A stretch of DNA of 64,000 bases from Thermodesulfobacteriota bacterium (GCA_965223335.1 OZ244991.1:2336001-2400000), one strand, 5' to 3'; counted from the stretch's first letter, positions 21,692-32,488 are shown. The notes: generated by a model from the sequence alone, not told the origin. Numbers and translations are program-made.

Positions 21692-23122
21692 CTAAGCCAG
21701 TACCCATGTATCCTTACTCCCCCCTCCTTGCGACGAGTTCACTACCAGCGATCCCTTTTTCAGAGCCACCCGTGTAAGCCCCCCCGGCATCACATATATA
21801 TCCTCACCATATAGCGCATAGGGCCGCAGGTCCACATGCCGTCCCTCAAACCTCTCACCCATCAACACCGGCACCCTCGAGAGTGCCAGCGTGGGCTGCG
21901 CAATGTAGTTCCTCGGGTCATCCTCGATCCGTTTTTTAAACTCCTCTCTCTCTTTTTTCGTCGATGCCGGTCCTATTAGTATCCCATAGCCCCCCGACTC
22001 ATTTGCAGGCTTTACTACCAGGTCCGCTAAATTACCCAGCACGTGCTTACGCTGTTTTTCGTCCCAACACACATAGGTCGGCACGTTGTTTAGTATCGGC
22101 TCCTCGCCCGTGTAATACTTTATTATTTCCGGCACATAGGCGTAAATGATCTTGTCATCCGCCACTCCCGTCCCCACGGCGTTTACCAGTGCCACCTGAC
22201 CCGACATATAGGCCTCCATAAGCCCCGGCACTCCCAACAGCGAGTCCTCTCTAAACACCTTCGGGTCCAGGAAATCATCATCCACTCTTCTGTAAATTAC
22301 ATGCACCCGCTGGTACCCGTCCGTGGTCCTCATAAACACCTGCCCGTCCGACACCACCAGGTCACTGCCGTACACAAGCTCTATACCCATCTCCCTGGCC
22401 AAAAACGAATGCTCGAAATATGCAGAATTGTAGTAGCCAGGGGTAAGCAGCACTGCAGTGGGCACCTCCGCCATCGTACTCCCCAGGTACCAGAGCAGGT
22501 CCCTAAGCCTGTTGGGATAATCCACCACCGGGCGTATCACCGAGTCCTCAAATAACCTTGGGAACGTGCGTTTAAGCACCTGCCGGTTCTCTAGCACATA
22601 CGACACACCCGACGGACACCTTAAATTATCTTCCAACACATAAAACTCTCCGTCACGGTCCCTCACAATGTCCGTACCCGATATGTGGCACCAAATCCCC
22701 CTGGGCGGAGTAAACCCCATGCACTCCTCCGTAAAACACTTGCTCGAATTTAGGAGCTCCTCGGGCACTACTTTGTCTTTTATGATTTTCTGATCGTTGT
22801 ATATGTCGTGTATAAACTTGTTAAGCGCATATATCCTCTGTGCAATCCCGTTTTCGATCTTATCCCATTCCTCGGCCTCTATCACACGCGGTATTATGTC
22901 AAATGGAAATATCCTCTCGGTGCTCTCCTCGTCGCCGTACACGGTGAATGTCACGCCCATTTGAAAGAGTCTAGCCTCTGTGGCCTTCTGCCGGCGCAGC
23001 AATTCCCCCTTCGTGAGGCTCGCTATCCTGTTTAGGAGTATTGAGGCTCCCGGTCTCGGGTTCATGGACTCGTCAAAGTACTCGTCATAAAACCCATCGG
23101 TCTCGTAATAGCTCAGGTCCAA
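21692..23122 (-). CDS. circularly permuted type 2 ATP-grasp protein
   Basis: [44 protein letters not shown]. Confidence 0.95.
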   Translation of the reverse strand: MDLSYYETDGFYDEYFDESMNPRPGASILLNRIASLTKGELLRRQKATEARLFQMGVTFTVYGDEESTERIFPFDIIPRVIEAEEWDKIENGIAQRIYALNKFIHDIYNDQKIIKDKVVPEELLNSSKCFTEECMGFTPPRGIWCHISGTDIVRDRDGEFYVLEDNLRCPSGVSYVLENRQVLKRTFPRLFEDSVIRPVVDYPNRLRDLLWYLGSTMAEVPTAVLLTPGYYNSAYFEHSFLAREMGIELVYGSDLVVSDGQVFMRTTDGYQRVHVIYRRVDDDFLDPKVFREDSLLGVPGLMEAYMSGQVALVNAVGTGVADDKIIYAYVPEIIKYYTGEEPILNNVPTYVCWDEKQRKHVLGNLADLVVKPANESGGYGILIGPASTKKEREEFKKRIEDDPRNYIAQPTLALSRVPVLMGERFEGRHVDLRPYALYGEDIYVMPGGLTRVALKKGSLVVNSSQGGGSKDTWVLA

Positions 23123-23232
23123 TTATTTATCCTCTAACTATCTGTTATCTCAAGCTAATAACAATACCAGCTTTTGTGATTATTATAAAAATTGTATTGT
23201 TTCTTTTTTGTTGTTGCGTTACTCAAATCAAA

Positions 23233-23355
23233 AACAGGGACTGTCCCGCCTTACCATGTGGACTGTCCTTGTTTGGATGTCATATCTCAAATTGAGGCAA
23301 CCGCACGTGTACTGACCCCCTGATTTTTGCCTACTTTTGATCAAGGAAAAGTAGG
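23233..23355 (+). repeat. family B variant + family A 3' hairpin
   Basis: near copy of 2594-2680. Confidence 0.75.
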
Positions 23356-23474
23356 AATCGAACAGGTATTTCGTATCGGCCTATCGATATACAATCCCTA
23401 TTACAAATAAATACCCGAAATAACAATTGTTTCTTTTTTGCACTAAAGATAAGAATTAACTCCACTCCCACAAT

Positions 23475-23517
23475 AAAAAAAATGGTAAAAGCAGGGAGCT
23501 CATCCTGCTTTTACCAT
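23475..23517 (-). terminator. intrinsic terminator
   Basis: ATGGTAAAAGCAGG/CCTGCTTTTACCAT perfect stem followed by a T-run on the minus strand. Confidence 0.7.
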
Positions 23518-23577
23518 AAGGAGGTATTGAGAGAATTGCCAGATGGTAGCATTATCTCAAATCTATTATTTCTTATA
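23475..23577 (-). ncRNA. candidate sigma54-dependent sRNA with anti-SD motif
   Basis: -24/-12 promoter upstream; ACCTCCTT just before a 14-bp terminator stem and T-run. Confidence 0.5.
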
Positions 23578-23587
23578 TCTCTATATG

Positions 23588-23604
23588 TGCATTTCTCATG
23601 CCAA
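23588..23604 (-). promoter_or_regulatory. sigma54 -24/-12 promoter
   Basis: TTGGCATGAGAAATGCA, GG-N10-GC spacing. Confidence 0.6.
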
Positions 23605-23733
23605 AAGTCATCTGAAATCATAACCCCCTGCAATAATTGTATTTGATTATGTTTTGTGAAGTTTTAATGAAGACAATAATTTGTACTATGCCGCAAAATT
23701 CAACACACAATCCCAATATAACGGAACAAAAAA

Positions 23734-24043
23734 AGGGGTCTGTCCCGCTTTATCCGTGGACTGACCCCGTAGTTACGGAACAAAAAAGGGGACTGTCCCT
23801 CTTTACCCGTGGACTGTCCCCTTTTTTTATAACCTTTAGTCTTTCGCCTTTTCACAATGGGATTACAAATCCCAATCCCGACATTACGGCAATGGCGTAT
23901 AGAAAATAAGCTTGAGAGGCATTAAAAATGGATTTCGGGGGCACACAGTGTGTGCTCACATAAGATGTACGTCAATCTTTTGATATGCCGCAGCGCAATC
24001 CGTGTCGGTGAGTTTTGCATACTTTTGGTCAAGCAAAAGTATG
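23734..24043 (+). repeat. mosaic cluster: 2x B + chimeric family A
   Basis: beta left arm joined to the GCACACAGTGTGTGC module also at 30518. Confidence 0.85.
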
Positions 24044-24171
24044 AAGAGAAAATGTAATCTGTAACGATTTTACGATTTTCTAACCCGTTATGCTACTTGA
24101 TTGATTAACTATTATTTGTATTTGTAGTTGTAGTTTTTTTCGGTTCCAACGGCACCCTTGATAATGATCCC

Positions 24172-24480
24172 CTAATTCTCTATCTCCTCCACTATCTTCC
24201 TCACTATCAGATGGGGTATCTTCTCCATCACCTCTTCATCGTGCACCATAATTCCCGACATCAAAAACCCCAACAGCCCTACCTGTGTAAGGTACTCGAC
24301 ATTAAAATCATAAAGCTCCGGGTCCGTCTCTCTATCCACACCTCGCTCAATGCTCTCTACTATCTCCACTCTCACAAATTCACTTGCTTGCTCTACAGTC
24401 GCATCCGGCTCATCTTGCCTTTTCAACACACCGATATTAAACGCCGCCTTCACCGATTCCAACAGTTCTCCATCAGACAT
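24172..24480 (-). CDS. hypothetical protein
   Basis: GGGGGAG RBS before ATG 24480. Confidence 0.6.
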   Translation of the reverse strand: MSDGELLESVKAAFNIGVLKRQDEPDATVEQASEFVRVEIVESIERGVDRETDPELYDFNVEYLTQVGLLGFLMSGIMVHDEEVMEKIPHLIVRKIVEEIEN

Positions 24481-24682
24481 CAGATTCACTCCCCCTATCC
24501 TCAAATTTTATTTGGATCTAAAACTCTTTTCCGCACTCCCCAAATGGTTGTAAATAGGTGTAGCTACACCCTAGATTAGAGTATATCTGATAGTTAGATA
24601 TTTGCAAATACATCTATAATGTATTTGCTCTAGCATAATAAGCGGTTAATCAACTCTAAGAGCAGATAAAATCGATGTGTTA

Positions 24683-24940
24683 CTATACCCCTGTTACCCC
24701 TCCGACCAGTGCACCCAGCATACCGAGCGACACAAATATCATCGAGATTACAATTGCTATCGCCCACAGTATTAACGCTGCTTTACAGAAATTTGCCCTG
24801 TGCACATTCGAATCACTGCTAAACGCCCAATATAGGGTCATTACAAACCCTACTATCGGTATCGCCAGCACAACCAACGTTACTAGCCAGTCCCCTATTG
24901 TTAAGGTCTTGTCATGCTGTGCGACTGTTTCCGCACCCAT
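24683..24940 (-). CDS. small membrane protein
   Basis: GAGGAGG RBS; IGDW...IPIVG...WAF...N..RANFCKA. Confidence 0.75.
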   Translation of the reverse strand: MGAETVAQHDKTLTIGDWLVTLVVLAIPIVGFVMTLYWAFSSDSNVHRANFCKAALILWAIAIVISMIFVSLGMLGALVGGVTGV

Positions 24941-25020
24941 ATTCCCCTCCTCGCTTCGTTTATACGAGCCCCTCTCCTTCACCGTCACTCATAGCTCTTT
25001 AATAACTCTAACCTCGCGCT

Positions 25021-28000
25021 CTAACGCTGTCTCATCCTTCTAAACAGCACGATCGCCGGTATTACAAGCCACACCAACATCGGTGCAAACCCCGGGCTCC
25101 CACTCCCCGCAATGGCACAGCTTCCGTCATTATTGTCGCCGCTTCCACCGCCACCGCCTCCACCGCCGCCTTGGCCGACTGTTACCGTGGAGTTATTGTT
25201 AAAGGTCTGTCCACCCGCGCTTGCACTATAGCCGATTATGTACGTACCGTCCTCGGTCGGCACAAACGTGTGCACAAATATAGTTACTACCTGTCCCGGA
25301 ACTATATTGCCCAACTGACACTGTTCCAGTGTGTTGTTACATGTGCCCTGTTCCGTTTGCAGCCCGTCCAGCACAAACCCCGGCGGCAGATCAACATTGA
25401 AGATCACATTGTTAGCAACTGCTGCCGATGTCTGGTTCGCGACCATCACCGGTATCGTCACCAACTGCCCCGGCTCTGCATTCACAGAGAAGCTCGATGT
25501 AGTTACCTGCAGTAGCGGTATGGCGCTGCCCAATATATCCGTTACCACAACGTCATCGTTGTTCGCTAGGAACTGGTCAATCGACGCCGAGTTTACCGAC
25601 ACATTATTTGTCGCAAGCCCCCCGGCTACCGGGTTCACTATTATGTCTATCACTGCTGTTTCCCCGTTCGGAATGCTGTCTATATTACACCTGACTACGC
25701 TCTCTACGATTTCCGAACACACACCGTCGTGTGTAGATACAGCGCTCACGAAATCCACACTCGCCGGCAGCACGTCAGTTACACCCACACCCAGCGCCTC
25801 GTCCGGCCCTAGATTAGCAACCGATACCCTATATGTCATCGGCGTCCCGACTCCGGGCTGCGGAGTCAGCACCTCTTTCGTAACACTCAGGTCCGCTTTA
25901 TTCGTAATCTGAAGCGACCTGTTAAAGTAAGTACACACAACGAAATCATCCGGTACCAGGTCCACGCTGAGCAATGTCCCCGATGTATTGAACGTAGAGT
26001 CCGTCTCCACCATACAGTCTATGTCGACAAGGCTGTAATCCGGAGGTAAGAATTCGTCTACCGTATATGTCCCCTCAAATAAATCACACCAAGCAAATTG
26101 ATTGTGGCCTAAAAAGAATGTTCCATCCATAGGACAAGTCACAGGAAATCCTGTCCCCAAAAACTCAATCAGGTCCTCTTTAAACGGAAATATATCCTTA
26201 ACCACGAATAGTAATCCCGTCCTCTCAAAGACATACGCCGATCCCTCATCATCGTTTGCCCCTATATGATCATTTGGAGCCCCGGTTATAAACCTGTCCT
26301 CTGTAATATCCACCGAGTATCCAAACATATCATCAGCGGCCCCGTCCGAGGCACCCAGTGTTTGATCCTCCAGCCAGTTGCCGTCCATATCCCTCATAAA
26401 GAGCGTCACGGAACCCTGGCTGCCATTTGCATCCGGCGCACCGCCTATTGCCCAGTCCCCATATATGGCCACACCGGTCCCAAAGTGGTCCCCTGCAGCC
26501 CCGGCCACAGGTGTCAATATAGCCACCTCAGGCCATGTACCGCCACCATCATCTTCGGATATATATGCCGCACCCTGCTCAGCATCAACTCCAACATCAG
26601 TATTAGGCGCCCCTACTATAATTCTTTCTCCATGAATCGACACGCTTGTACCAAACCTGTGCCCTCCGCCCATTAGTCCGTCACTCGGGAAAAGAATCTG
26701 TTCTTCCATCCAATTGTCAGCACCATCATTCTGAAACACATAAGCTTCTCCAACATCCGAAGCAAAAATCTGATGATTTGGCGCACCTACTACTACCTGA
26801 TCACCATCCATTGAGACACTAGAGCCAAATAAATCATTAGCAGCCCCATCGCTGGATATTATCGCATCAACTTCGTCCCAATTCCCGGGCCCCTGCCGTT
26901 TAAATATAAATGCTGCTCCCTGATCGACATTTAGTACCGGACCGGGCAGTACAACATCGTCAAATGGAGCTCCCGCTATCGCATTATCTCCCGATATCGA
27001 TACACTCGAACCAAACCTATCGTCAACCTGCACGCCAATCGATTCAACTACATCCGCCAGGTTCCACACGTCCATGGGATCCCGTTCGTATATATACGCT
27101 TTACCTTCATCGCTATTTTCACCTGGAGCACCAACTATTAGCCTATCGTCATCAATCGACACGCTATAACCAAAATCAGAAAAGTTAAATACTCCACCGG
27201 GCTCCAATTTATCTACTTCAACCCAGTTTTGCGGCCCCTGTCTCTGATACACATAAGCAGCCCCTGCGCTGAAAAATCCACCGCCTGAAGCATTTGGGGC
27301 ACCTACTACAGCCCAATCTCCCGATATCGATACACTGGTTCCCACATGCGCATTAGCTATACCATCACTGGCCTCGAGTTTTTGTGCTTGAAAAAACGGG
27401 TCTATAACCACTGGATACACAGCGTTTCTGTCATCCACTGCTATTTGTATGCCGTCTGTATTACGAGCCATATTCGCATCAAGACGATTCCCCGTGGAAT
27501 CATAGGCAAACAACTTCCCATAACTCAGTTTAGCACCGTCCGGGTCCTGCCACGCGATTGTATTCTTGGCCTCTGCATCAACTGCCTCAACACCCTCAGC
27601 CGTATCCACATCGATATTTACCAATATAGTGCCTCCCCCCTCGGGCCTCTCGTGGATTGTGAATCCCTGCTCCAGACCATATGGGCTGTTTACATACCAC
27701 TCCGAAATCCCTGCCCTGTCGTACTCGAGCCTGTTTGCTTTTGTGCTGATTCGAGCCTCATCCGCACTCTCGAGCTCACCCGTCCTTCCCCACGACTCGA
27801 GCCTCATGTTCATAAGCTTCTGATCATCAATCTTTATAGTTATATTCGAGCTATTAAATTCGGTGCTAAGCCCCTGCGAACTCACCTCTGCCACATAACC
27901 ACTCTTATTCTCTATATGATATGAAAGGTGGTCACGGCCCAAGCTGTTTGCTACCGCAGCCATAAGCCCCATAGGCATTTTTTCACTAGCTTTTGAATGT

Positions 28001-28119
28001 GCACTTATCGAATTTTTGGGGTCTGAATTATCCACACCCTCAACCTGCCCTGTGAATAAGAGCGCAACGGCACATAGAATCAACATTAAGTATGTATTAC
28101 TAAAGTTCCTATATTTCAT
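25021..28119 (-). CDS. surface protein: FG-GAP beta-propeller + DUF11 domains + Gly-rich/Cys CTERM anchor
   Basis: seven (F/V)G.SV.I.GD...VGAP-type repeats; ADLSVTK; GGGGSGDNNDGSCAIA-TM-RRMRQR. Confidence 0.9.
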   Translation of the reverse strand: MKYRNFSNTYLMLILCAVALLFTGQVEGVDNSDPKNSISAHSKASEKMPMGLMAAVANSLGRDHLSYHIENKSGYVAEVSSQGLSTEFNSSNITIKIDDQKLMNMRLESWGRTGELESADEARISTKANRLEYDRAGISEWYVNSPYGLEQGFTIHERPEGGGTILVNIDVDTAEGVEAVDAEAKNTIAWQDPDGAKLSYGKLFAYDSTGNRLDANMARNTDGIQIAVDDRNAVYPVVIDPFFQAQKLEASDGIANAHVGTSVSISGDWAVVGAPNASGGGFFSAGAAYVYQRQGPQNWVEVDKLEPGGVFNFSDFGYSVSIDDDRLIVGAPGENSDEGKAYIYERDPMDVWNLADVVESIGVQVDDRFGSSVSISGDNAIAGAPFDDVVLPGPVLNVDQGAAFIFKRQGPGNWDEVDAIISSDGAANDLFGSSVSMDGDQVVVGAPNHQIFASDVGEAYVFQNDGADNWMEEQILFPSDGLMGGGHRFGTSVSIHGERIIVGAPNTDVGVDAEQGAAYISEDDGGGTWPEVAILTPVAGAAGDHFGTGVAIYGDWAIGGAPDANGSQGSVTLFMRDMDGNWLEDQTLGASDGAADDMFGYSVDITEDRFITGAPNDHIGANDDEGSAYVFERTGLLFVVKDIFPFKEDLIEFLGTGFPVTCPMDGTFFLGHNQFAWCDLFEGTYTVDEFLPPDYSLVDIDCMVETDSTFNTSGTLLSVDLVPDDFVVCTYFNRSLQITNKADLSVTKEVLTPQPGVGTPMTYRVSVANLGPDEALGVGVTDVLPASVDFVSAVSTHDGVCSEIVESVVRCNIDSIPNGETAVIDIIVNPVAGGLATNNVSVNSASIDQFLANNDDVVVTDILGSAIPLLQVTTSSFSVNAEPGQLVTIPVMVANQTSAAVANNVIFNVDLPPGFVLDGLQTEQGTCNNTLEQCQLGNIVPGQVVTIFVHTFVPTEDGTYIIGYSASAGGQTFNNNSTVTVGQGGGGGGGGGSGDNNDGSCAIAGSGSPGFAPMLVWLVIPAIVLFRRMRQR

Positions 28120-28279
28120 AATTTTATCCTCCTGCTCCTCACTTTATCATTTAAACCGGCAATATTCAATATATCGCACATTTAAACGTTTAATTCAATA
28201 CCTTATAAATCCCTCAACAAATCTAAATCATTACTAAATCCTATAGCCAAAAGCTTTTGCCCACAACCCCTAGGAATAA

Positions 28280-28828
28280 GGAACTGACCCCGCACTCATG
28301 TATACGCACAAGGGGTCTGTCCCGCCTTATCATGTGGACTGACCCCGTAGTTACGGAACAAAAAAGGGGACTGTCCCGCTTTATCATGTGGACTGTCCCC
28401 GTACTTACATACATATCAAGGGGTCTGTCCCGCTTTATCCGTGGACTGACCCCGTAGTTACGGAACATAAAAGGGGTCTGTCCCGCTTTACCTTGTGGAC
28501 TGTCCCCTTTTTTTATAACCTTTTGTCTTTTGCCTTTTCACAATGGGATTGCAAATCCCAATCCGACATTACGGCAATGGCGTATAGAAAATAAGCTTGC
28601 GAGGCGTTAAGAATGGATTTCGGGGCTGTGGTTGGATAAATACATTCAGCATCAAGAGATTATTTTTAGCCATTTCCGTACAGTCGGTGATTTTTGCGCA
28701 CTTTTCATCGCGGAAAAGTGCGAAGTAGACAGGTAAGAAGTTACGGTTAACTGCTATATTATCCCTAGAGCAAATAAACTCCCGGCACTCCCTAAAAATA
28801 GGGTACGTGACCCCTGTTTGGATCTCGA
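28280..28828 (+). repeat. mosaic cluster: 4 tandem B (28312-28507), A beta (28543-28722), tail module
   Basis: about 53-54-nt B period. Confidence 0.88.
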
Positions 28829-30048
28829 GTCCCACCTACCCACAACAACACCCCCGCCCCTATGGCCACTATCCCCACAGTTATAAGCGGCAGCTCAAAC
28901 AACATCGCGGCCAATAAACCCGCTATAAAGCCCGATATCGCCTCCGACCCCACCTGAAGCGCCTGATTATTCCCAAGCACCCGCCCCTGCTCCTCGGCCC
29001 CTACCATAAGCGATAACATCGACGAACACGCCGGCAGTGCCACCGCCAGTGCAAACCCGGGCAGAAAGAGCGTTATCCACAGCGCCCACTCGGACTTTGG
29101 TAATAGTATGACTAATGTAAAGAGCCCCATTAGTATCGAAGATACGATTGTAATGTTCCTCGCCCCATAGCGCTTTGCCAAAAACCCCGTCACCCACAGG
29201 TTTGCTATCACAATCGGCACCGCTACCCACGCGATAAAGTCCGCCACCCTGCCCACATGCATCCTGTACTCATCCACCAAATACATCGGATAAGCCCTAA
29301 AAAAACCAAATATTGCTAGATATATAAGAAAATTCACCAGGTATATGAACCTGATCTTCTTATTCGTTACCAGGCCCCCCAGGTTTGTAAATGCGTCTGT
29401 GTAATTAACACCGTTTCGCATCTCCTTGGGCCTTGTTTCACGAAAAACCCCGAACGTGTAGATGAATGTCAGTATCAGCAGCACAAACACCGCCCAGTAC
29501 GGTGTGGCATAGCTAAACCACGACACTACTGACGAGTCGGCCAGCTTCCCGCCCACAAGTGGCCCCACCACATACGCACTGCTAGCACTCATGTATATGT
29601 AGCCGAATAATCTGCTCCGGTTCTCCTCTGTGGTCACGTCCGCTATCGCACTCTGCGCTATTACAATATTGGCCTCGGCCAATCCCGTCACCAGCGATAT
29701 TGCCATTAGCAGCGGCATATACTCTATCTGCAGCGAATATGCAAAGATGGCATAGCATATCGTGGTCGCCACCAGCGATACGAGCAGTACCGGTCTCCTG
29801 CCGAACCTATCGGATAATGCGCCCAATACAGGCGAGCCAAAAAACTGCCCCAGCGGATATAGTGTCAGCACTATCCCCAGCACCACCGATCGGTCGCTTA
29901 TCCATGGGAACGACTCCACTATCCCCCCCTCGTCATAGAGGATCATGGGGGTGAGTATAGTTATCATCAGGCTGTAACCCACAAACCCGATGAAAATCAC
30001 AATGTACAGGGGGAGCAGTCTCAATACCCCAGCCGCTTTATTATCCAC
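28792..30048 (-). CDS. MFS transporter (TetA/DHA1-like)
   Basis: GALSDRFGRRPVL motif A; about 12 TMs. Confidence 0.9.
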   Translation of the reverse strand: MDNKAAGVLRLLPLYIVIFIGFVGYSLMITILTPMILYDEGGIVESFPWISDRSVVLGIVLTLYPLGQFFGSPVLGALSDRFGRRPVLLVSLVATTICYAIFAYSLQIEYMPLLMAISLVTGLAEANIVIAQSAIADVTTEENRSRLFGYIYMSASSAYVVGPLVGGKLADSSVVSWFSYATPYWAVFVLLILTFIYTFGVFRETRPKEMRNGVNYTDAFTNLGGLVTNKKIRFIYLVNFLIYLAIFGFFRAYPMYLVDEYRMHVGRVADFIAWVAVPIVIANLWVTGFLAKRYGARNITIVSSILMGLFTLVILLPKSEWALWITLFLPGFALAVALPACSSMLSLMVGAEEQGRVLGNNQALQVGSEAISGFIAGLLAAMLFELPLITVGIVAIGAGVLLWVGGTRDPNRGHVPYF

Positions 30049-30154
30049 TCTCGCGCACCAGCCAGTTTCGTTAGCAGACTATTATGCAGCATTAGTTGAA
30101 AATATAGAAACAATCTTACGCATCAATATTATTTTAATATTGCCTTTACCCTTA

Positions 30155-30720
30155 TAGTGTCGCAGACACTAGTCCGACATTCAGCGATATAAAAAGGGGT
30201 CTGTCCCGCCTTATCATGTGGACTGTCCCCGTACTTACGGAAGATAAAAGGGGTCTGTCCCTCAGTATCCGTGGACTGACCCCGTAGTTACGGAACATAA
30301 AAGGGGTCTGTCCCGCTTTACCCGTGGACTGTCCCCGTAGTTACAGAATAATAAAAGGGTCTGTCCCGCTTTATCCGTGGACTGACCCCGTAGTTACGGA
30401 ACAAAAAAGGGGACTGTCCCGCTTTACCCGTGGACTGTCCCCTTTTTTTATAACCTTTAGTCTTTCGCCTTTGCCCTATGAGGTCATAGACCTCAGTCCC
30501 GACATTCAGCGATTAGCGGCACACAGTGTGTGCTCACATAAGATGTACGTCAATCTTTTGATATGCCGCAGCGCAATCCGTGTCGGTGACTTTTGGCTAC
30601 TTTTGGTCAAGCAAAAGTAGCGAATAAATAGGTAAACATTATCGGTCTATAAAGATTTAGTCCGTAATGGCTAAACGGTAGTTATTCCCCGAATGGGATT
30701 ACAAATCCCAGTCCGACATT
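30155..30720 (+). repeat. mosaic cluster: 5 tandem B (30195-30442) + chimeric family A
   Basis: about 53-54-nt B period. Confidence 0.88.
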
Positions 30721-30733
30721 GGCACGATCCCCG

Positions 30734-31552
30734 CTATTTCTCCCCCACCAACACATTTTGGGCCAAACGTCCCATCTTCTTTCCGTCTGGGCTAAGCTTG
30801 CGTAGATAATGCGCAAGAATTTGTCGGTACTCATCTTGTTTCGTTTTAGATAGTGCCAGCAGCTTGTTCCTAATTGGCGTTCCATACACGAGTTCGACAG
30901 CTTCATCTATTCCACCTTCGATTACAAGCTCCCGTTCTTGACGCATCACCCTAACATCCTTAAACCCCGCGGTTGTGAAGCATCTTTCCATTTCGGACTC
31001 TGGCATATAATCAAACGTTAAATACATATAATGAGCAATCTCCCTTTCCCCAATTACATTAAGTGCGGTGCACATACATCCTATAATCGGATTATCGTCT
31101 ACAGAACTCCATGCGCTTACATATACCCTGCCTCCATCACGAAGCACCCTGTATATCTCACGCGCTGTTTCATCTTTATCCATAACAAATTGTAATCCCT
31201 GCTTAAACGTAACAAAGTCAACTGAGCCGCTGTCTATGTCGAGTACTTGCAACGATGACTCAATAAACTTGACTCGGTCGCTGTATTTTTCACAGCGCTT
31301 TTTGGCCAAATCCATCAATTCCTTGCTCAACTCTATACACGTTACAAACCCTTCAGGTCCAACAGCTTCGGCAGCCATTAAAGCAAATGTCCCTACACCC
31401 GATGCCAAGTTCAGCACATGCCGCCCTTCCCAAGGACCATTCTCTTCTATTACTCGTTTAGACCAGGGCTCAAAAAGAATAGGACCAAATACTTCGTCAA
31501 AATAACTCGCCACCGATCTATCTGGATCTTTGAATTGTTTATTATCTGCCAT
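30734..31552 (-). CDS. class I SAM-dependent methyltransferase (paralog 2)
   Basis: VLNLASGVG motif I; co-linear with neighbour. Confidence 0.85.
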   Translation of the reverse strand: MADNKQFKDPDRSVASYFDEVFGPILFEPWSKRVIEENGPWEGRHVLNLASGVGTFALMAAEAVGPEGFVTCIELSKELMDLAKKRCEKYSDRVKFIESSLQVLDIDSGSVDFVTFKQGLQFVMDKDETAREIYRVLRDGGRVYVSAWSSVDDNPIIGCMCTALNVIGEREIAHYMYLTFDYMPESEMERCFTTAGFKDVRVMRQERELVIEGGIDEAVELVYGTPIRNKLLALSKTKQDEYRQILAHYLRKLSPDGKKMGRLAQNVLVGEK

Positions 31553-31669
31553 ATCCTCTAACCCCTTTCGGCATATAGATATTTTGGTTTACGTCTTGTA
31601 ATATGATAACTAACAATACAGAAAAGCACGAGACATACCATCTCAGATACGGATTACTAAGCCCCCGTG

Positions 31670-32488
31670 TCACTTCTGGCCCACAAGCACATTCGCCACC
31701 ATACGCCCCATATTCTTTCCATCCGGGCTCAGATCATTGAGCAGCTCACTAAGTGCATTACGAAACTCATCCTGTTTTTGCTCCGATAGTGCAAGCAGCC
31801 TTGGTCTTATCGGTGTCGCATAAGCGACTTCGATTGCCTGCGACACACCGCCGTCCATCATCAGGTCTTTTTCCTCACACAGCACCTGTACACTTTTGCA
31901 GCCTGCTGCTTTAAAATGTTCCTCCAGTTGCTTATCGTCTATATAATCAAACGGCAGGCGCATCATCTCCGATATTTCACCCTCCCCAATCTTATCAAGC
32001 GCCCCGCAGATTGCTCCAAAGAACTCACATTCCTCTACCGTCCTCCACGTGCTTACATACACTTTGCCCCCCTCACACAACACCCTGTGCATCTCGCGTG
32101 CAGCCTCGTCTTTATCCGAGAAAAATTGAAACCCCTGCTGACACGCCACAAAGTCCATCGAGTCACCCGGTATATCCATGGATTGTGCAGATGATTCTAT
32201 AAACTGCACCCGAGGAACCGTATTTTCACAGTGTTCTTTAGCCAGAGCCAGCATCTCTTTATTTATATCCACTCCTGTCACAGCCCCCTCGGGACCCACA
32301 GCCCGGGCAACAATCGATGCAAAAATCCCTGTACCCGTCGCCACATCTAGCACACGCCGCCCTTCCCAGGGACCATTATCTTCTACGATACTTTTGGCCC
32401 ATGGTGCAAATAACAACGGCACCAAAACATCATTGTATGTAGCCGCCACAGAACTGTCTTTGAAACTAAAGGCTTGAGTATCCGCCAT
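31670..32488 (-). CDS. class I SAM-dependent methyltransferase (paralog 1)
   Basis: VLDVATGTG, GVDIN, CQQGFQFF. Confidence 0.9.
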   Translation of the reverse strand: MADTQAFSFKDSSVAATYNDVLVPLLFAPWAKSIVEDNGPWEGRRVLDVATGTGIFASIVARAVGPEGAVTGVDINKEMLALAKEHCENTVPRVQFIESSAQSMDIPGDSMDFVACQQGFQFFSDKDEAAREMHRVLCEGGKVYVSTWRTVEECEFFGAICGALDKIGEGEISEMMRLPFDYIDDKQLEEHFKAAGCKSVQVLCEEKDLMMDGGVSQAIEVAYATPIRPRLLALSEQKQDEFRNALSELLNDLSPDGKNMGRMVANVLVGQK

